From Octopus bimaculoides (taxonomy: Eukaryota): DNA of 64,000 nt. The position numbers were made by a program, and so were the translations under genes. The DNA lies in assembly GCF_001194135.2 (NCBI RefSeq), contig NC_068985.1:12253047-12317046 (forward strand), written 5' to 3'. The notes under the pieces were generated by a model. The model did not search any database. It had not been told where the DNA came from and worked only from the letters and a program-made list of their open reading frames with translations. Below are positions 37,711 to 49,565 of this stretch, piece after piece (within the stretch, counting starts at the first letter, position 1; each line of letters starts with the position of its first letter).

Positions 37711-38600
37711 TATCATGTAATCCTTAATTTTTACGTTTTAAGCTATGAAAAGATTAATGTACATTTTTGCTAGAAATTCCTGACAATATATTTCTGGAAA
37801 ATAGTTTGCTGTGTCTGGAGATAGGCCCTTTTAGATGATGTCAGACGCTTTTATGCTTTGCCCCATTCGAAGGGCAAATTGTGTAAATTTGGAAGTAGAT
37901 ATTGTCAGATGGCATGTGGTACATAGCACATTCTATATGAACGGTGTAACTGGGACTACATTTAAGGTTATGTCATGTGTGCATCGAAATGGCTGCCTTT
38001 ATTTTGATAACCCAGAATCGTTCATTACAGATGCTGAATCCTTTTAGTGTAAAGCTTTCTGTTGAATTTTAAAACATACTTCTATACTGATGTTGCTTTT
38101 CATGTCATGTCCGAAATCCATAACATTTAAATTTTGACGTTTTTAAAATTATAGCCGATCGTATTCATGCATTTTTGATATTACTGCAATCTAATCTTAA
38201 CTATTTTTATATGTCCTTAAAACTACAAATTCATAAGATGGTTGGGGCTGTTTACTTTTTAGGGCTTAGGTTTAAGTTTTCAAGTCAGGATTTAAATTTT
38301 GGAGAATCTCTTCAAAGGAGTGCAGAGCTTATTCCTATTGTGTGTTTCTTTATTTCTCTATTTTCTTTTACAAAATATCTGCATCTTGAAAGTCGTATAA
38401 GTGTATAATATTCATTTCCCCAACAATATATGCCACTATATTTTCAGTAACGTCGATTCTCGAAATTACAAATGAAGAAAGACAAAAATACATGGGCAAG
38501 CCATGGCGACATGTAGAAAATGGAAGTATCACACTGACCAAAGTTAAATAAAAACTCATTATTTATATGTTTGAAAGTTTCTTATTATTTCCACCCTTTA

Positions 38601-38815
38601 AGGGGGCTAGCCGACGAACGCGATAGTATGTCGAGGAAAATGCTTAGCGGAATGTCTTTCGTCTTTATGTTCAGAGTTCAAATTTCGCTGTGGTTGACAT
38701 TGCCTTTCATCTTTTCGGGGTCAATGAACTAAGTACCAGCTGAAAGCTGAGGTCTATGTAATTGACTTAGGATTTTCCCAAAGTTTCCGGCCTTGTGCTC
38801 AAATTTTAAATCATT
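38601..38815 (+). mobile_element. SINE family D, diverged copy
   Basis: GAGTTCAAATTTC..TCATCTTTTCGGGGTCAATGAACTAAGTACCAG..GGCCTTGTGCTCAAATT. Confidence 0.75.
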
Positions 38816-39253
38816 ATTTCCACTCTTAAAGTTATGTCAGATTGTAATTGACACGCAAAATGTCATCAGATAAAAATGAATATTAAGATCGGACAATTTT
38901 TCAAACCTAAACGATGCTAAATACATTCGTCAGCAGTTCAATATCCTTAATCTATAATGTGACAACGCAATCTCCATTTTCTCGTTCCTGATATATGTGT
39001 AAGTTATTTGACATCCATTAAAATTAACACAATTTAATTTTTCATACAGTTATAATGTTCTAGGAAAATCCGGCATCTGATGAAACCGAATGTTGAATTG
39101 CAATTCAAAGAAAGTCTTCTCAGGTGAAGGAAGACGATGCTTAAGAATGCACGATAAAGAAAGCAACGATCAACTGAACACCTATATTCTGGGAAATTTA
39201 CAGAGAATGTGAGCATCAGGAAGAATGTAAAGAGAATGACATCATAGATAAGT

Positions 39254-39652
39254 GAATAAATCGGGCATATAAGTGATGAAAACTCTTTACTAGTACTTGA
39301 GGAATTATGTTATTTGATACTGCAAGGGATGAAATGCAAACTTTAATTCGGTTTGATTTTAAATAAAATCAACGAACATTGCAAAAATAGCGTATGATTC
39401 TATCATTTTCTACAGTGGAACTATATAATGGAACTAATTCTCTACGAAGTGCTACCGTTTTGGTAGACACAAAAGCGTAAAAACTGTTCGTGGATAGGAT
39501 AGACATGAGACACGAAGATTCTAAATTTCTCTTCTTTGCATGACTGAGTTATGGCAAAAAAACGAGAGGGAGAGAAGGGCGCAGAAGAGAAAACCGGAAG
39601 AAAACGGAATGAGAGAAAATATGCAACCACACCCTAAGAGCTATTTAATACT
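39254..39652 (+). repeat. 399-bp direct repeat, copy 1
   Basis: Matches 44428-44826 with 2 substitutions seen (GATACT/GACACT and CGTTTT/CGTATT). Confidence 0.95.
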
Positions 39653-40041
39653 GTTGATAGATAATTGAATGAGGAGAGGTTGAGATGTATAACAATCTAT
39701 GATGACAGGTGGATGTAAACCGAAGTTGAACGAATGAGAAATTTTAGCAGCAATGAAAATATGTTGCACTGTGCGGACTGTCATTACGCACAGTTTGTAA
39801 ATATTATAAGGATGCATGTCCTATAAATTTTCCAGCAAAATCAATATTTGGTGAAATTCTAGAATATGCGTGAGATATTTCCTAGTCTACTAAATAGCAA
39901 CATTCTCTTTGCCACTTTAAATTATGAGTTAAAGTTGTTTTACATTGGTTTTTATTTTATTATTTTTTTTTTTGCTATGATATGTAGAAGCTTAGCACAA
40001 GATTCGCCATAATCACCCACTTTTTTCTTTTCTTTTGTTTT

Positions 40042-40400
40042 CTTTTATTTGTTTCAGTCATTTTAATGAGGCCATGCTGGAGTACCGCTTTTAGACGAGC
40101 AAATCCACCCTAGAACTTATTCTTTGTAAGCCTAGCACGTATTCTATCGATGTCTCATGCCGAACCGCATCGGTTGTCATGTGATGGTGGAGGGACAAAC
40201 ACAAACACACACAAACATATGCATATATATATATATGTGTATATGACGGGCTTCTTTCATTTTCCGTCTACCAAATCCACTCACAAAACTTTGGTCGGTC
40301 CGAGGGTATAGTAGAAGACACTTGCCCAAGGTGCCACGCAGTGGAAACGAACCCAGAACCATGTGGTTGGTAAGCAAGCTACTTACCACACAGCCACTCC
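40042..40400 (-). mobile_element. SINE family A with a ~28-bp internal deletion and short microsatellite
   Basis: Aligns to 12983-13457 but lacks CTAAGTTACGGGGACGTAAACACACCAG. Confidence 0.85.
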
Positions 40401-40849
40401 TGCGCCCATGTATATTATCAAAATTATTTGTGAGAAATAGAAAAATGCATATTATATTAAATAGATTCTTCGAATTGAGAATATGCTCCCAACCGACTAA
40501 TTTTCTCTCTTTATAGTACGAACACTACTTTCATGTCAACTTCACATGGTTAATACCACATGGCATCCATATATTTAGCTATTAAAGTAATCGCAGTTAT
40601 AAAATAAAGAAATAGATATATTTCAGTTGCATATGGAGAATTGTTATAATTGTGTTTCTTAGTTGATTATTTTCAGTTATTGGTTGTTGTGATAAATTTC
40701 TGAAGATATAAAAATCAAAATTTCGAAGGTGATTTGGATAATGACGTTCTACCTTAGAAAAGCTGGTTAACCTTTGCCTTCTTCTTATTGCAACGCTTAT
40801 GATGAATACATTTTGTTTATTTTTTCCAGACTCCCATTCGTTAGTCGAA

Positions 40850-41290
40850 GACATACCTATTTCACCAGACATGTTCGTGAACAGAATGCAATCCTGTGTC
40901 CTATCTTCAGGTTGTCGATAAATATTATATGACGTCTCCCATTCTTGCCGCTACCATGTTGTGCGTGCCAGGGCATAGTAAGTTCATATTCGGAGAGGTT
41001 GTTATCCCATTTTGCTGATCCCTTTTGGAAGGTTTTCATTGAGATGTGATTGGTGAAGTGCTATTGACATTTTGCCTCCAGAGCCATTCGTAGCATCCTT
41101 GTGTAGTAGCCATCTAAATTTCTCTTTGCTCCTTTTGTTTATTTGATACGTTTAGTGGTTAAATTGTTATCCAGCCACCAGAGCCGTTACATACGTTCAA
41201 ATATTTGAGCAACTTCTTATGGCAACGTTAAAGCTTCTTTTATTAACTTCAATGAGCGTACCTTCCACTCTCCTACTCACACTTACAGAT
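40850..41290 (-). mobile_element. Decayed 3' end of an RTE-type LINE
   Basis: LDGYYTRMLRMAL (cf. LDGCYTRMLR.ALNISW) followed by W.AQHG..KNGR..IFIDNLK (cf. W.P.HG.R.RGRP..TYID.L). Confidence 0.7.
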
Positions 41291-41371
41291 GTATGATTTG
41301 AATGAAGTGTTCTGGCATAACATTTTTATATAATACAATTAAATTTCAATATTTCTGAGTTCAGAATAGAC

Positions 41372-41576
41372 AGGCAAGTTGACAGAATCGTTAGCATGCC
41401 GGGCAAATCATTTAGTGATATTTTGTCCGACTTTACGTTCTGAGTTCAAATATTGCCGAAGTCGATTTTATCTTTCATCTCTTCGGGGTCAATAAAATGA
41501 GGAGTACTGGGTCAGAAGTAATCGACTGGCTCCATACCCCAAACTTGCTGTCCTTGTGCCAAATTTTAAACCAATA
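41372..41576 (+). mobile_element. SINE family D copy
   Basis: CAGAATCGTTAGCATGCCGGGC..GAGTTCAAATATTGCC..TCGGGGTCAATAAAA..CCTTGTGCCAAATT. Confidence 0.8.
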
Positions 41577-42051
41577 TTTTGTGGTTAAAATGCTTGTTAG
41601 ACACAAGAGAAAAAAGTCCTCAGTTAGAGGCTTTTTTCTCAGCAATTCATTATTTAGGTCATGATAATCGCAATTCTCACGTTGTGAGAAATTAGCTCAC
41701 ATTCTTCCTTGTCCAGTTAACGTCAAATTCCTAAAAGATATATTAATGAAGATGGCCTCCTTCATGTCGAAATCAACGATGTTCCACTCTATTGCTTTGC
41801 TGGAAAGCAGTAATTGCGTTTGTCTACATGTATTCCTTCATGCGGATATCCAGCTCTCTGGTGAAAGCTTTCAATATAGGAACCATCATATCTATTGCAC
41901 ATGTTCACATTCTCTTTAGAGCAGTTGGTCATATAAATGCATCATTGCTCGCTTTTAGACGAGTTCCAAACAGGAAATTTATCAAAATAGAAGAGCAATC
42001 ATCTGTATAATCAGCACTGAATATGAATCGCCGGACGGACTGCAAATTGCC

Positions 42052-42529
42052 TACCGTAAATCCTCGAGTATAATCCGCATTTTTTTCCCAAAATTTAAAA
42101 GCCGACACCCCTAGTGCGTACTATACACGAGGTTAAAAATGAGAGATATTTTCTAAGCAATGTCCGAGTCTCTATTTAGTGTCCCGCAATGTCTATTCAG
42201 ACGCATTCTGTGATGTCGGGCTTGTAACTGATAGTGATAAATATGTAGAGGCAATTTACTAAATTTTTTTTTCACTGTTATTTCTTTATTTTCTGCAAAC
42301 AAAGTGCACAAAAAAGCTACACGTTTGAATTATGTTACATATACAATAATAATAAAAGACGTTACCGTATATACGTTTACAAACCAAGGACGTTATATAG
42401 ATCTCTTTGCTTCAAGCTAGAGAAGGGGTGCGTATTATATACAGGGTATAGGTTTTTCAGAGGTACAGCCCCCTAAAACTCCCCTGTGTATTATACTCAA
42501 GGGCGGACTATACTCGAGGATTTACGGTA
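42052..42529. mobile_element. pogo/Tc2-type MITE, 474 bp plus TA duplication
   Basis: TIRs CCGTAAATCCTCGAGTATAATCCGC / GCGGACTATACTCGAGGATTTACGG (1 mismatch in 25). TA at 42052-53 and 42528-29. Internal GTGCGTA(C/T)TATA repeats. Confidence 0.85.
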
Positions 42530-43229
42530 TATATTCGAAATATGACCGTTACTAAGTTTTCATCAGATGTACATTATCATGATGTCGTTTGGCAAAAATG
42601 ATCACGAACCCTTCCTTGTGTGAGAGAATAATATACATCCAGTCAATGTTACTCTTAATTACTACCTCGCGCACCTGATGTACATCTGTGCAATTTCTTT
42701 TTGTATGTAGGCATTCTTGGTTTTCTAATATGAATACCGTAATAAACTGCAAGTTCTATATACTGACCTTTTTGTCTTTGTAGTCCGTTTTCTGATGAAA
42801 TTATCAAATTTTATATTTCGCTAATAAGATCTTTCGAGCGATTAAGAACAAAACACGATAAAACGACAAATATTAATCAATAGTTTTAATTAAGAACAGT
42901 GATCTCCAATTATAATTAGTATTTTATCAGATAGCATCGACGTTGTTGTATATATTTCGAGATGACGTCAAATCATTTTGCCCAACCGAACCTCCTTCTA
43001 ATCATTTATAATCGGGACCAATAGCGGCAGTTAATATTTACAATCAACAAAATGATCGTTATAAATATATAGCCACGTTGTAACTCTAGCAACGGAAATA
43101 TTTAGTATCACTATCATCATGGATACGTCGCCATTATTGTCGTGGTATTTACTGTTGTCGGTATTATCGACAGATTTATATAAACGATTAACACTTTCAA
43201 ATATGAAATCATCAACTGCAGCAGTAATC

Positions 43230-44290
43230 CAACATAAAAATAAGAACAAAAGTGCAGCATAATTGGTACCGGATCAGTTGTTGGTTTACTATTATGATAA
43301 TGCTAAAACAACATTATTCCAGTAGCGTGAGGACTCCCAAAGCAATTACAATTGTTATGTTGTACAACTTACTCTTTCAAGTACCTCTCTCTGATTAGCA
43401 TGAATATCTTTCACCGTGCTGCTGTATGTACGAAATCACTACAAATGATCACTCTAAATCCATCAAACCACAAGAATTATCATCGGTTCATAAATTTTAT
43501 ATCTAGGACAATTTTTATAATCTCCATCTAAGTACGTGGATGATACTTATATTAACGACACGAGGATGGATAAAGGGCAACATCGATTTTGGCAGTTCTG
43601 TCATGTTAACTGTCGTAATAAAATCCTGTAGAACATTTTTCCGACAACGTATCGATTGTATCAGACTAGTGAAATGCATTTCGTGGAGCAGCCGTAGCTA
43701 ATATCTGTTGGAGTTGTTGGTAATTTCGGTTGCTGTTATCGATTAACTCTAGGTTAGTTTAGATGAAACAGACGTATATTATAAGGGGTTTGAACCGAGG
43801 AAAGTACCATCCTTCCTTTCACACATTCCTGATAGATTTAGTCAATCTTCGGTTCCATTTTTAAAAGTTCAATGTGTGAGTTAAGGTATATGTAACTACT
43901 ATTTATGCCATGACGTTTGTCTGCTTAGATATCTTAATTCTGGACCATTGTCGAAAGGATAAAATACGGGTCTAAATTCTTAATATTGTTCTGATGTTAT
44001 TTAGATTTAAATGGACATTATAGAAGCAGAACTATCATCACAATCAGTCCACCCAGGCCGACACTTTTATTTTTCGTATTAAGATTATTGAACCAACGTG
44101 TCATTTATATGTCTTTTAATGTACACTATATTTCTAAGAACAGTTTCTTATTCTATTTAGCAGGTCAATCCAACACATAAATAATCTCTTGTTAGCTTCA
44201 TTTTCACTATTACCACAGGCTGAGACACAGTTGACTTCATTAAAGAATTCTTCAGATTTAATAAAATTTCAACTCTGCAATTAAATTAGA
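43230..44290 (-). pseudogene. Heavily decayed protocadherin-like relic (last two cadherin repeats plus TM region)
   Basis: Motifs in the expected order and roughly expected spacing across several frameshifts: INDT (~44100), YEK*KCRPG (44052-78), PF-DNG (43944-58), FKNGT..*LN (~43840-65), YFP (43798-806), NAF (43672-80), TG (43624-29), QN/DVALY (43570-94), VVNISIIHVL (43530-59), ITIVIALGVLTLL (~43320-58). Compared from memory with octopus Pcdh C-terminal consensus. Confidence 0.5.
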
Positions 44291-44427
44291 TTACCCCACT
44301 CTGAGCAAAGGCAGTGTAGAATTGGTAATGTTTGTTGGTGATGGAGAAACAGATCATTCATACTCTCCTCTTATACAGATTGGAGTGATGAAAACCAAGT
44401 AATGATTGCTAAACTAGGAAAAGGGGC

Positions 44428-44826
44428 GAATAAATCGGGCATATAAGTGATGAAAACTCTTTACTAGTACTTGAGGAATTATGTTATTTGACACTGCAAG
44501 GGATGAAATGCAAACTTTAATTCGGTTTGATTTTAAATAAAATCAACGAACATTGCAAAAATAGCGTATGATTCTATCATTTTCTACAGTGGAACTATAT
44601 AATGGAACTAATTCTCTACGAAGTGCTACCGTATTGGTAGACACAAAAGCGTAAAAACTGTTCGTGGATAGGATAGACATGAGACACGAAGATTCTAAAT
44701 TTCTCTTCTTTGCATGACTGAGTTATGGCAAAAAAACGAGAGGGAGAGAAGGGCGCAGAAGAGAAAACCGGAAGAAAACGGAATGAGAGAAAATATGCAA
44801 CCACACCCTAAGAGCTATTTAATACT
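44428..44826 (+). repeat. 399-bp direct repeat, copy 2
   Basis: See copy 1. Ends ~20 bp before an N gap. Confidence 0.95.
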
Positions 44827-45600
44827 ATTTAAGTAGAAGGCATAANNNNNNNNNNNNNNNNNNNNNNNNNNNNNNNNNNNNNNNNNNNNNNNNNNNNNNN
44901 NNNNNNNNNNNNNNNNNNNNNNNNNNNNNNNNNNNNNNNNNNNNNNNNNNNNNNNNNNNNNNNNNNNNNNNNNNNNNNNNNNNNNNNNNNNNNNNNNNNN
45001 NNNNNNNNNNNNNNNNNNNNNNNNNNNNNNNNNNNNNNNNNNNNNNNNNNNNNNNNNNNNNNNNNNNNNNNNNNNNNNNNNNNNNNNNNNNNNNNNNNNN
45101 NNNNNNNNNNNNNNNNNNNNNNNNNNNNNNNNNNNNNNNNNNNNNNNNNNNNNNNNNNNNNNNNNNNNNNNNNNNNNNNNNNNNNNNNNNNNNNNNNNNN
45201 NNNNNNNNNNNNNNNNNNATATATATATATATATATATATACACCCTCTTATACATAGTATACATAAAAATACGTTTAATTCAAATTATTCAAGAAAGGA
45301 GTGAGTTGAAATTGTACCAGCTGCTGCAGTGTAAAGCACAATAACTGGACGGCTTTCTTTTATAATTGGGCCATGCAAAATGGAGTTCTTTAGATTCAAA
45401 TTTAAAAAAAAAGTTTCCTCGCGTTCGCAAATGTCAGGTGAGTCATAGTGTTGTAAATAACCCCGGTGTGTTCGGTAAAGTGCATGAAAAGTTAAAGGTA
45501 CCAATAGCGTTTGGGAAAACTCTCTCTGGTGTTTCAGATATCTCTCATCGATATTTCAGATACGCATACGTAAAGTTTTAAACTTAAACTCTTCTCAATT

Positions 45601-45826
45601 TTTCCTCTTTGCATGTTACGCAGTGAATTAGACAAATATATGTGGTGTAAGTGTCCAGGGTAATTCATTTCAAAATTTGTCAGATTGTACGCTTTAACAA
45701 ACCAAACTGTTCTGAATATCTTGTCGCAAATCATGTTTGAAATTATTGTAATCACTCTGTTTAGATATGTTCTCAATAAAAGAGATATAACATGTTTCCT
45801 CTTTGCATGTTACGCAGTGAATTAGA
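45601..45826. repeat. 162-bp segment flanked by perfect 32-bp direct repeats
   Basis: TTTCCTCTTTGCATGTTACGCAGTGAATTAGA at 45601-45632 and 45795-45826. Confidence 0.9.
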
Positions 45827-47168
45827 TTCGAGTAAATGCAACCAAAATTGAACATCGCATAGCCATTCACAAGGATCTGTTCGAATACTTTCTTTATAGA
45901 TGAAAGTGCATGTGTGTAGCTGTAGGTTTGGACAAAGGAAATTTCAGGCTGGTTATGAGCAGAGGAATGGACTAACTCTACAAAGCTACTCATTACTTGT
46001 TCAATTCTAAGGAGAGGGAGAAAAAGCCCCGAGAAAAGAATATAGGGCAACGTGCTCGATGCAGGAAACAACATGGTAGCGAGCTGAAAAGGAAGGTTAC
46101 AAAATGTCGAAGTAAAGACGCAAAGAACAGAGATAGTGCACATACATCATTGATGTGTATATAGGGTGGGGTATGTACAAATATCCTGAGGAAGTTAGTG
46201 AACGTGTTTATGAACCCTGACGTAGTTAGGTGTTGTGAAATTTCACACCAAGGTAAATTGATAATACATATGAGCAACCTATTGATTAACTCCATTTTCT
46301 TTTCAATGACTGCTGTAAGTAGACCCATATTATATAATGTCTTCTCCACGCTTTTCAGACATTGTGTGTTATTGTAGGGAAAGATGCTTCTATTTCCGGC
46401 ATTTGGAGCGACAACACAAATACTTTCTCATTGACAGATTCGGACAAGTATTGAAAAATGCTAATAAAGGTGTTGAAATTGGTGCCTTCAGCGTTTCAAT
46501 GTGTCTTTAACCAATAGAATTATTTATGTATCCGACATAGAATTTGGCCATGTAATGAATTTCGCTTAATCAAGATTATTTTTCTTATCCATAGCTATTC
46601 TGCTGAATTCTGGTAGACCACAGAGGTGATTAAGATGCTCTTTCACTCAGCTAGGAAGATAAAGTGTAATAGATTCCTGGTTGTTGCAGTATGAAAACGA
46701 GGACTGAACCACTTAAGGACTAAGAGATCATTATATGGATATTCTTTTAACGAATCTTGATAAACTAGTGCCAAAACAATCTAGTTGAGGAAGAAAGAGC
46801 TTTGGCGTGGAAAAAGTGTAACAGGAGACAATCGTCACTTGGAGCGCCACACCTTGATTTAGCATATCTTTCTTATCGTTACTATCACAGCAATCTTAAT
46901 GGTTATTAATTTCTCAACCAATGTCATAGTAGCAGTGAAGAATACAAAACAGAACGTTACTTAAAAATATCATTAATGTAATTTAGCGTGCGAAACATGA
47001 AATATGCACGATATATACAACCATATTCCAACTAATAACACAATGACTGTATCGCGTCTGGGATATACATCTATTTACCGAACCAAAATATTTTTGGTGT
47101 GCTAAATACACACCCATACACCCACATATATGTAGGCGTGCGTATGGTTGTTTTCAGCTCATTTTTGC

Positions 47169-47219
<51 letters not shown>

Positions 47220-47644
47220 NNNNNNNNNNNNNNNNNNNNNNNNNNNNNNNNNNNNNNNNNNNNNNNNNNNNNNNNNNNNNNNNNNNNNNNNNNNNNNNNN
47301 NNNNNNNNNNNNNNNNNNNNNNNNNNNNNNNNNNNNNNNNNNNNNNNNNNNNNNNNNNNNNNNNNNNNNNNNNNNNNNNNNNNNNNNNNNNNNNNNNNNN
47401 NNNNNNNNNNNNNNNNNNNNNNNNNNNNNNNNNNNNNNNNNNNNNNNNNATATATACATACATAAATTTATATACATTTATGTTGGGGAAAACCCGTTAG
47501 ATTTGCTACATGTAAATCCCTTGAAACTTCCTTTCATATATGGCATTCAGTGAATGAAAGAGTTTATACTGGACTGAGGAACCTTCATGGGGTGGGTTTA
47601 GAAATTTTCAAACCACAATTGGATTTCCTCCTGTCAAGAGATTC

Positions 47645-47760
47645 GGTTGAAATGCTACCGTTGATTAGCTCCAAGTGGCCATCGCCTCTAGCTAGCTAAG
47701 TGACACACAAATCTGTGTCCATTATAACCTTCGAACAGGGGAGGTCAGCCACTTCTCCTT
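47645..47760. repeat. One-armed copy of the 12-kb palindromic repeat
   Basis: Reverse complement of ~12020-12128 (CCGTTGATTAGCTCCAAG.GGCCATCGCCTCTAGCTAGCTA..CCATTATAACCTTCGAACAGGGGAGGT). Confidence 0.8.
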
Positions 47761-47959
47761 GCTGGTCTGGCATCTACAGACTAGTTTCAGGGTGTTGCGT
47801 TTCCTCCTCCTTCTTCTTCTTATTCTTCTTCCTCTCTGCCTTCGTTCCTGAGATACACCTGCTACTTAAACATTCAAATCTAAGAACTCATATCACATAT
47901 TAGGACCGCTACTATCTGCTGCATGCTACCAAGCCCTCACAAGAGTAATCAAAAGATTG

Positions 47960-48610
47960 GATATTGAACTCGGAACGTAAAAACGAGTGAATTGTCGCTA
48001 AGCTTTCTGTCCGGCGTGGAAACGAATCATCCCTCTCACTGTCTTTGTCATCAGAAATATATTCTTTTCAAATTTAGACACTAATGTAGCAATTTCAAAG
48101 GATCGAATAAGTCGATTACATCAAGCGAAGTACTCAACTTCTTAGGGGGTTATTTTATTAACCCCCTAAACTATGAAACGCATAGTCAAACTCGGCGAAA
48201 TATGAACTCAGAACGTAAAGACAGACGATATACCGTTAAAATTTGACTCGATGTGCTAACGATTCTTTTCTAATTTATGCACAAGGTCTGAAGTGTGGGG
48301 GGAGGGGGCCAGTCGATTAGATCGAATCCAGTACGCAACTGGTAATTAATTTATCGACCCCGAAAGGACGAAAGGCAAAGTCGACCTCGTCAAAATATTA
48401 TTTTCTTCTCTAGGCACAAAGTCTGAAATTTGGTGGAAGGAGACCAGTCGATTAGATTGACCCCAGTTCGCAATTGGTACTTAATTTATCGACTCCGAAA
48501 GGATGAAAGGCAAAGTCGACCTGCGCGGAATTTGAACTCAGAACTTAAAGACAGACTAAATAACGCTAGGCATTTCGCCCGGCGTGCTAACGATTCTGAC
48601 AGCTCGCCGC
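47960..48610 (-). mobile_element. Stack of 3-4 head-to-tail SINE family D copies
   Basis: Copies at ~48405-48610 (complete), ~48270-48395 (3' part), ~48060-48266 (diverged) and a head fragment at ~47960-48030, all on the minus strand. Confidence 0.8.
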
Positions 48611-49354
48611 GGTTGTCGAAGAGAATATGTCAAAATTTGGATCCTAATCGTTTTATGTTAAATACCCCCCACCCCCTTGTATATCAATGTGACTTCTCTT
48701 GTTGTTCTTTTCTTTATATATATCCCTATGCTATTTTTACTCCCACTGGGCTTCACTTGGAGACATTACAAATATAACTGAGATATCCCATATGGCGCAA
48801 TCTGTTTTAAACATTACGAAAGAGACACGTTATTAGCATTTAAATGGAAGCCATTTACTGTGTCATGTGTTTCATTTAACACAGAATCATATTTATTGAT
48901 TTTATTTCTGTATAACTCTAACACACAATTTTACACTTATAGAGTGCCATTCTTTGGGAAATACAATATTTAACGATAATAAATCATTTTGTTTGAACCG
49001 ATGTCATAGAGGAAGTGTCATGTAATAATGTTGCTCTTAATTCATAATATTTTAAAGTAAAGAGAAAGTATAAAGAGAAAATTTACAAACATTGAAGTAA
49101 GTTCTGAGATGACACCCATTTACATATTATACATAGAAGTAGGTTATTTATACATTCCTATATTTATATGTGAGTATATAATGCGTGTAGCATGCAGGTT
49201 ATATTTTTTACGGTATATTTATACGTAAATCTCAATATGTGTGTTCATGTTTGTGTATACATCTATCTGTATGCATATGCATATACTATATATGTACGTG
49301 TGTGTGTGTGTGTGTTTGAGCGTCCGTGTGTATCTGTGCGCGTATGTATGTATG

Positions 49355-49565
49355 TATGTATTTAGGAGAATGTACGAAAAAAAAACAACAACAGACGAGG
49401 ACAGGTGGTGTAAACAACAAAAGGATGTATTAGTTTAACGCTCTGGAATACAGAAAGTCTTTAACGTTTCGAGCTACGCTCTTCAACAGAAAGAAATAAG
49501 GAGAAAACAAGGAGAAAAACACGGAGAAAAAAGATTGAATGGTTTGGTCAGCGATCTATCATGAC
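49355..49565 (-). repeat. Family P copy 4 (best hammerhead-like fold, 49458-49494)
   Basis: Minus strand reads TCTTT CTGTTGA A GAGC GTA GCTC GAAA CG T T AAAGA. Confidence 0.75.

Noticed and set aside
37780-38560. Possible second cadherin relic on the minus strand (IVAYIV, NVMD, QPFR, IKASD)
   Set aside because: Motif spacing does not fit cadherin repeat length and matches are too short; worth including in the same GeneWise run.
43230-43600. Cys-loop (nAChR/chemotactile receptor) reading: CKIDVALYP, IIPCGL, GER
   Set aside because: It needs mutually incompatible alignments on the same bases and the Cys-loop-to-M1 spacing is far too short. The cadherin reading explains more motifs in consistent order.
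39254-44826. LTR retrotransposon interpretation of the 399-bp direct repeats
   Set aside because: No TG...CA termini, TSD, PBS/PPT or gag/pol remnants between them.
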